Source: Chiloscyllium plagiosum | Taxonomy: Eukaryota | Direction of reading: 5' to 3' | Assembly: GCF_004010195.1 (NCBI RefSeq) | Contig: NC_057718.1 | Span: 22,576,291-22,637,648 of the forward strand | Length of the DNA stretch: 61,358 nt | Shown: positions 60,014 through 61,358 of the stretch, piece by piece | How the letters are laid out: the number at the start of each line of letters is the position of its first letter | Position numbering within the stretch: the stretch's first letter is position 1 | Made by a program: the position numbers and the translations under genes | Notes under the pieces: generated by a model | What the model saw: the letters and a program-made list of their open reading frames with translations, nothing else | Told to the model about the DNA's origin: nothing | Database searches by the model: none

Positions 60014-60207
60014 AACTGACATACACATTGACACAAAAAGACCCATCACTGTTCACAAAATCATTACATGCCAGTAATGTCACAGTGAATGCATTTCCAT
60101 TGCAAATAAATAAAACCGGAACATTTTAACCAGGCAGTTACAACCCTGCTTATCGCATCATGGATCTCAGTATCAGATTTAAATTTAACAATTGAAATAA
60201 AGCATGG

Positions 60208-61010
60208 GGCTGTACAGCATGAAAACTGACCTTTCGGTCCAACTTATCCATGCAGACCAAATATTCAACATAAATCTAGTCCCATTTTCCAGCATTTGAC
60301 TTATATCCCCCTAAACCCTTCCTATTCAGATACCCATCCAGATGCCTTTTAAATGTTGCAATTGTCCTAGCCTCAACCACTTTCTCTGGCAGCTCATTTC
60401 ATACACGTACCACTCTCTGAATGAAAATGTTGCAACTTAGGTCCCTTTTAAATCATTTCCCCTCTCACCTTAAACCTGTACCCTTTAGTTTTGGACTCTC
60501 CTATCCTGGGGAAAAGACCTTGGTTATTCACACTATCCATGTCCCTCAGTGTCCATAACCTAGGAAAACAGCCCCAGCCTATTCAGCCTCTCTTATAGCT
60601 CAAACACTCCAACCATGGCAACATGCTTGAAAATCTGTTCTGAACCTTTTCAAGTTTCACAACAACTTTCCTATAGCAGGGAGACCAGAATTGAAAGCAA
60701 TATTCTAAAAGTGGCGTAACTAATTTCCTGTCCACAACATGATATCTCAATTCCAATATTCAGAGCAATGACGATGGGCCGAGGAGTGGCTGATGGAGTT
60801 TAGATAAATGTGAGGTGTTGCATTTTGGTAGGGCAAATCAGGGCAGGACTTACACAATTAATGGAAGTGTCCTGGAGAGTGTTCTAGAACAGAGACCATG
60901 GGTGTAGGTTCATACTTCCTTGAAAGTGGAGTTGCAGGTAGACAGGGTAGTGACGAAGGTTTTGGTACACTTGCCTTTACTGGTCAGTGCATTGGGGATA
61001 TTGGACATGG
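60208..61010. mobile_element. CR1 fragments: minus about 60208-60765 abutting plus about 60770-61010
   Basis: Homology to the CR1 copies at 31.6-34.7 kb. Confidence 0.8.
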
Positions 61011-61231
61011 ATGTTGATAGGTACAGTAGGACCTACTACAATTTTTCCAAGAATAGTAGTAGCTCCTCAATTTATTCAATCTTAAAATAGAAAGGTAGCA
61101 AATATAGACCAGTTAGCTAATTGAGCATGCTTTGCCATTAATATGATCACAGCTAATCCTTCAACTCAATGGCACACTCATGCTCTCTACCCAAACTCTT
61201 TGACACAGACAGCTTCTAGAGTTCGATCCAG

Positions 61232-61340
61232 AATTCTCCCTCACACCCCTCCTCCAGCCTCCCTCTCCCTCTCCCTCATGCCCCTCCTCCAGCCTCCCAC
61301 TCCCTCACACCCCTCCTCCAGCCTCCCTCTCCCCCAAGCC
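61232..61340. repeat. C-rich minisatellite, about 29-35 bp unit x3
   Basis: ccctcacacccctcctccagcctccct repeated. Confidence 0.8.
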
Positions 61341-61358
61341 CCACCTTCAGTGTCCCTC

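Overview
Vertebrate genomic DNA, most likely a shark or ray (inferred from HE1/V-SINE-type SINEs and abundant CR1 and Penelope-like elements). The window lies inside one large + strand gene, the cardiac ryanodine receptor RYR2. I traced 18 consecutive GT-AG coding exons (2591-57806; 2520 nt, 840 aa, no stops or frameshifts). They match about residues 1973-2812 of human RyR2 as I recall it: the junctional and bridging solenoid, the central CPVT/MH hot-spot and most of the Repeat3&4 phosphorylation domain, ending at RRISQSSQ. The introns are a mosaic of decayed CR1 LINEs, an older CR1/L2-group LINE, tRNA-derived SINEs, Penelope-like elements (PLEs), Tigger- and hAT-type MITEs and two solo LTRs, plus two assembly gaps. 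I found no new protein-coding system. The best leads are: (1) about 200-bp fold-back PLE termini with 13-15 bp target-site duplications, one of which holds a minimal hammerhead ribozyme core as its loop and is inverted exactly at the predicted cleavage site; (2) an intact sense-strand hammerhead core in an intron; (3) a 150-bp locally templated insertion into a CR1; (4) loss of the RyR2 S2030/2031 phosphosite while S2808 is kept; (5) a four-layer nested transposon stack. Repeat boundaries are by eye and approximate unless TSDs or TIRs are given. Human residue numbers and repeat family names come from memory and need database confirmation.
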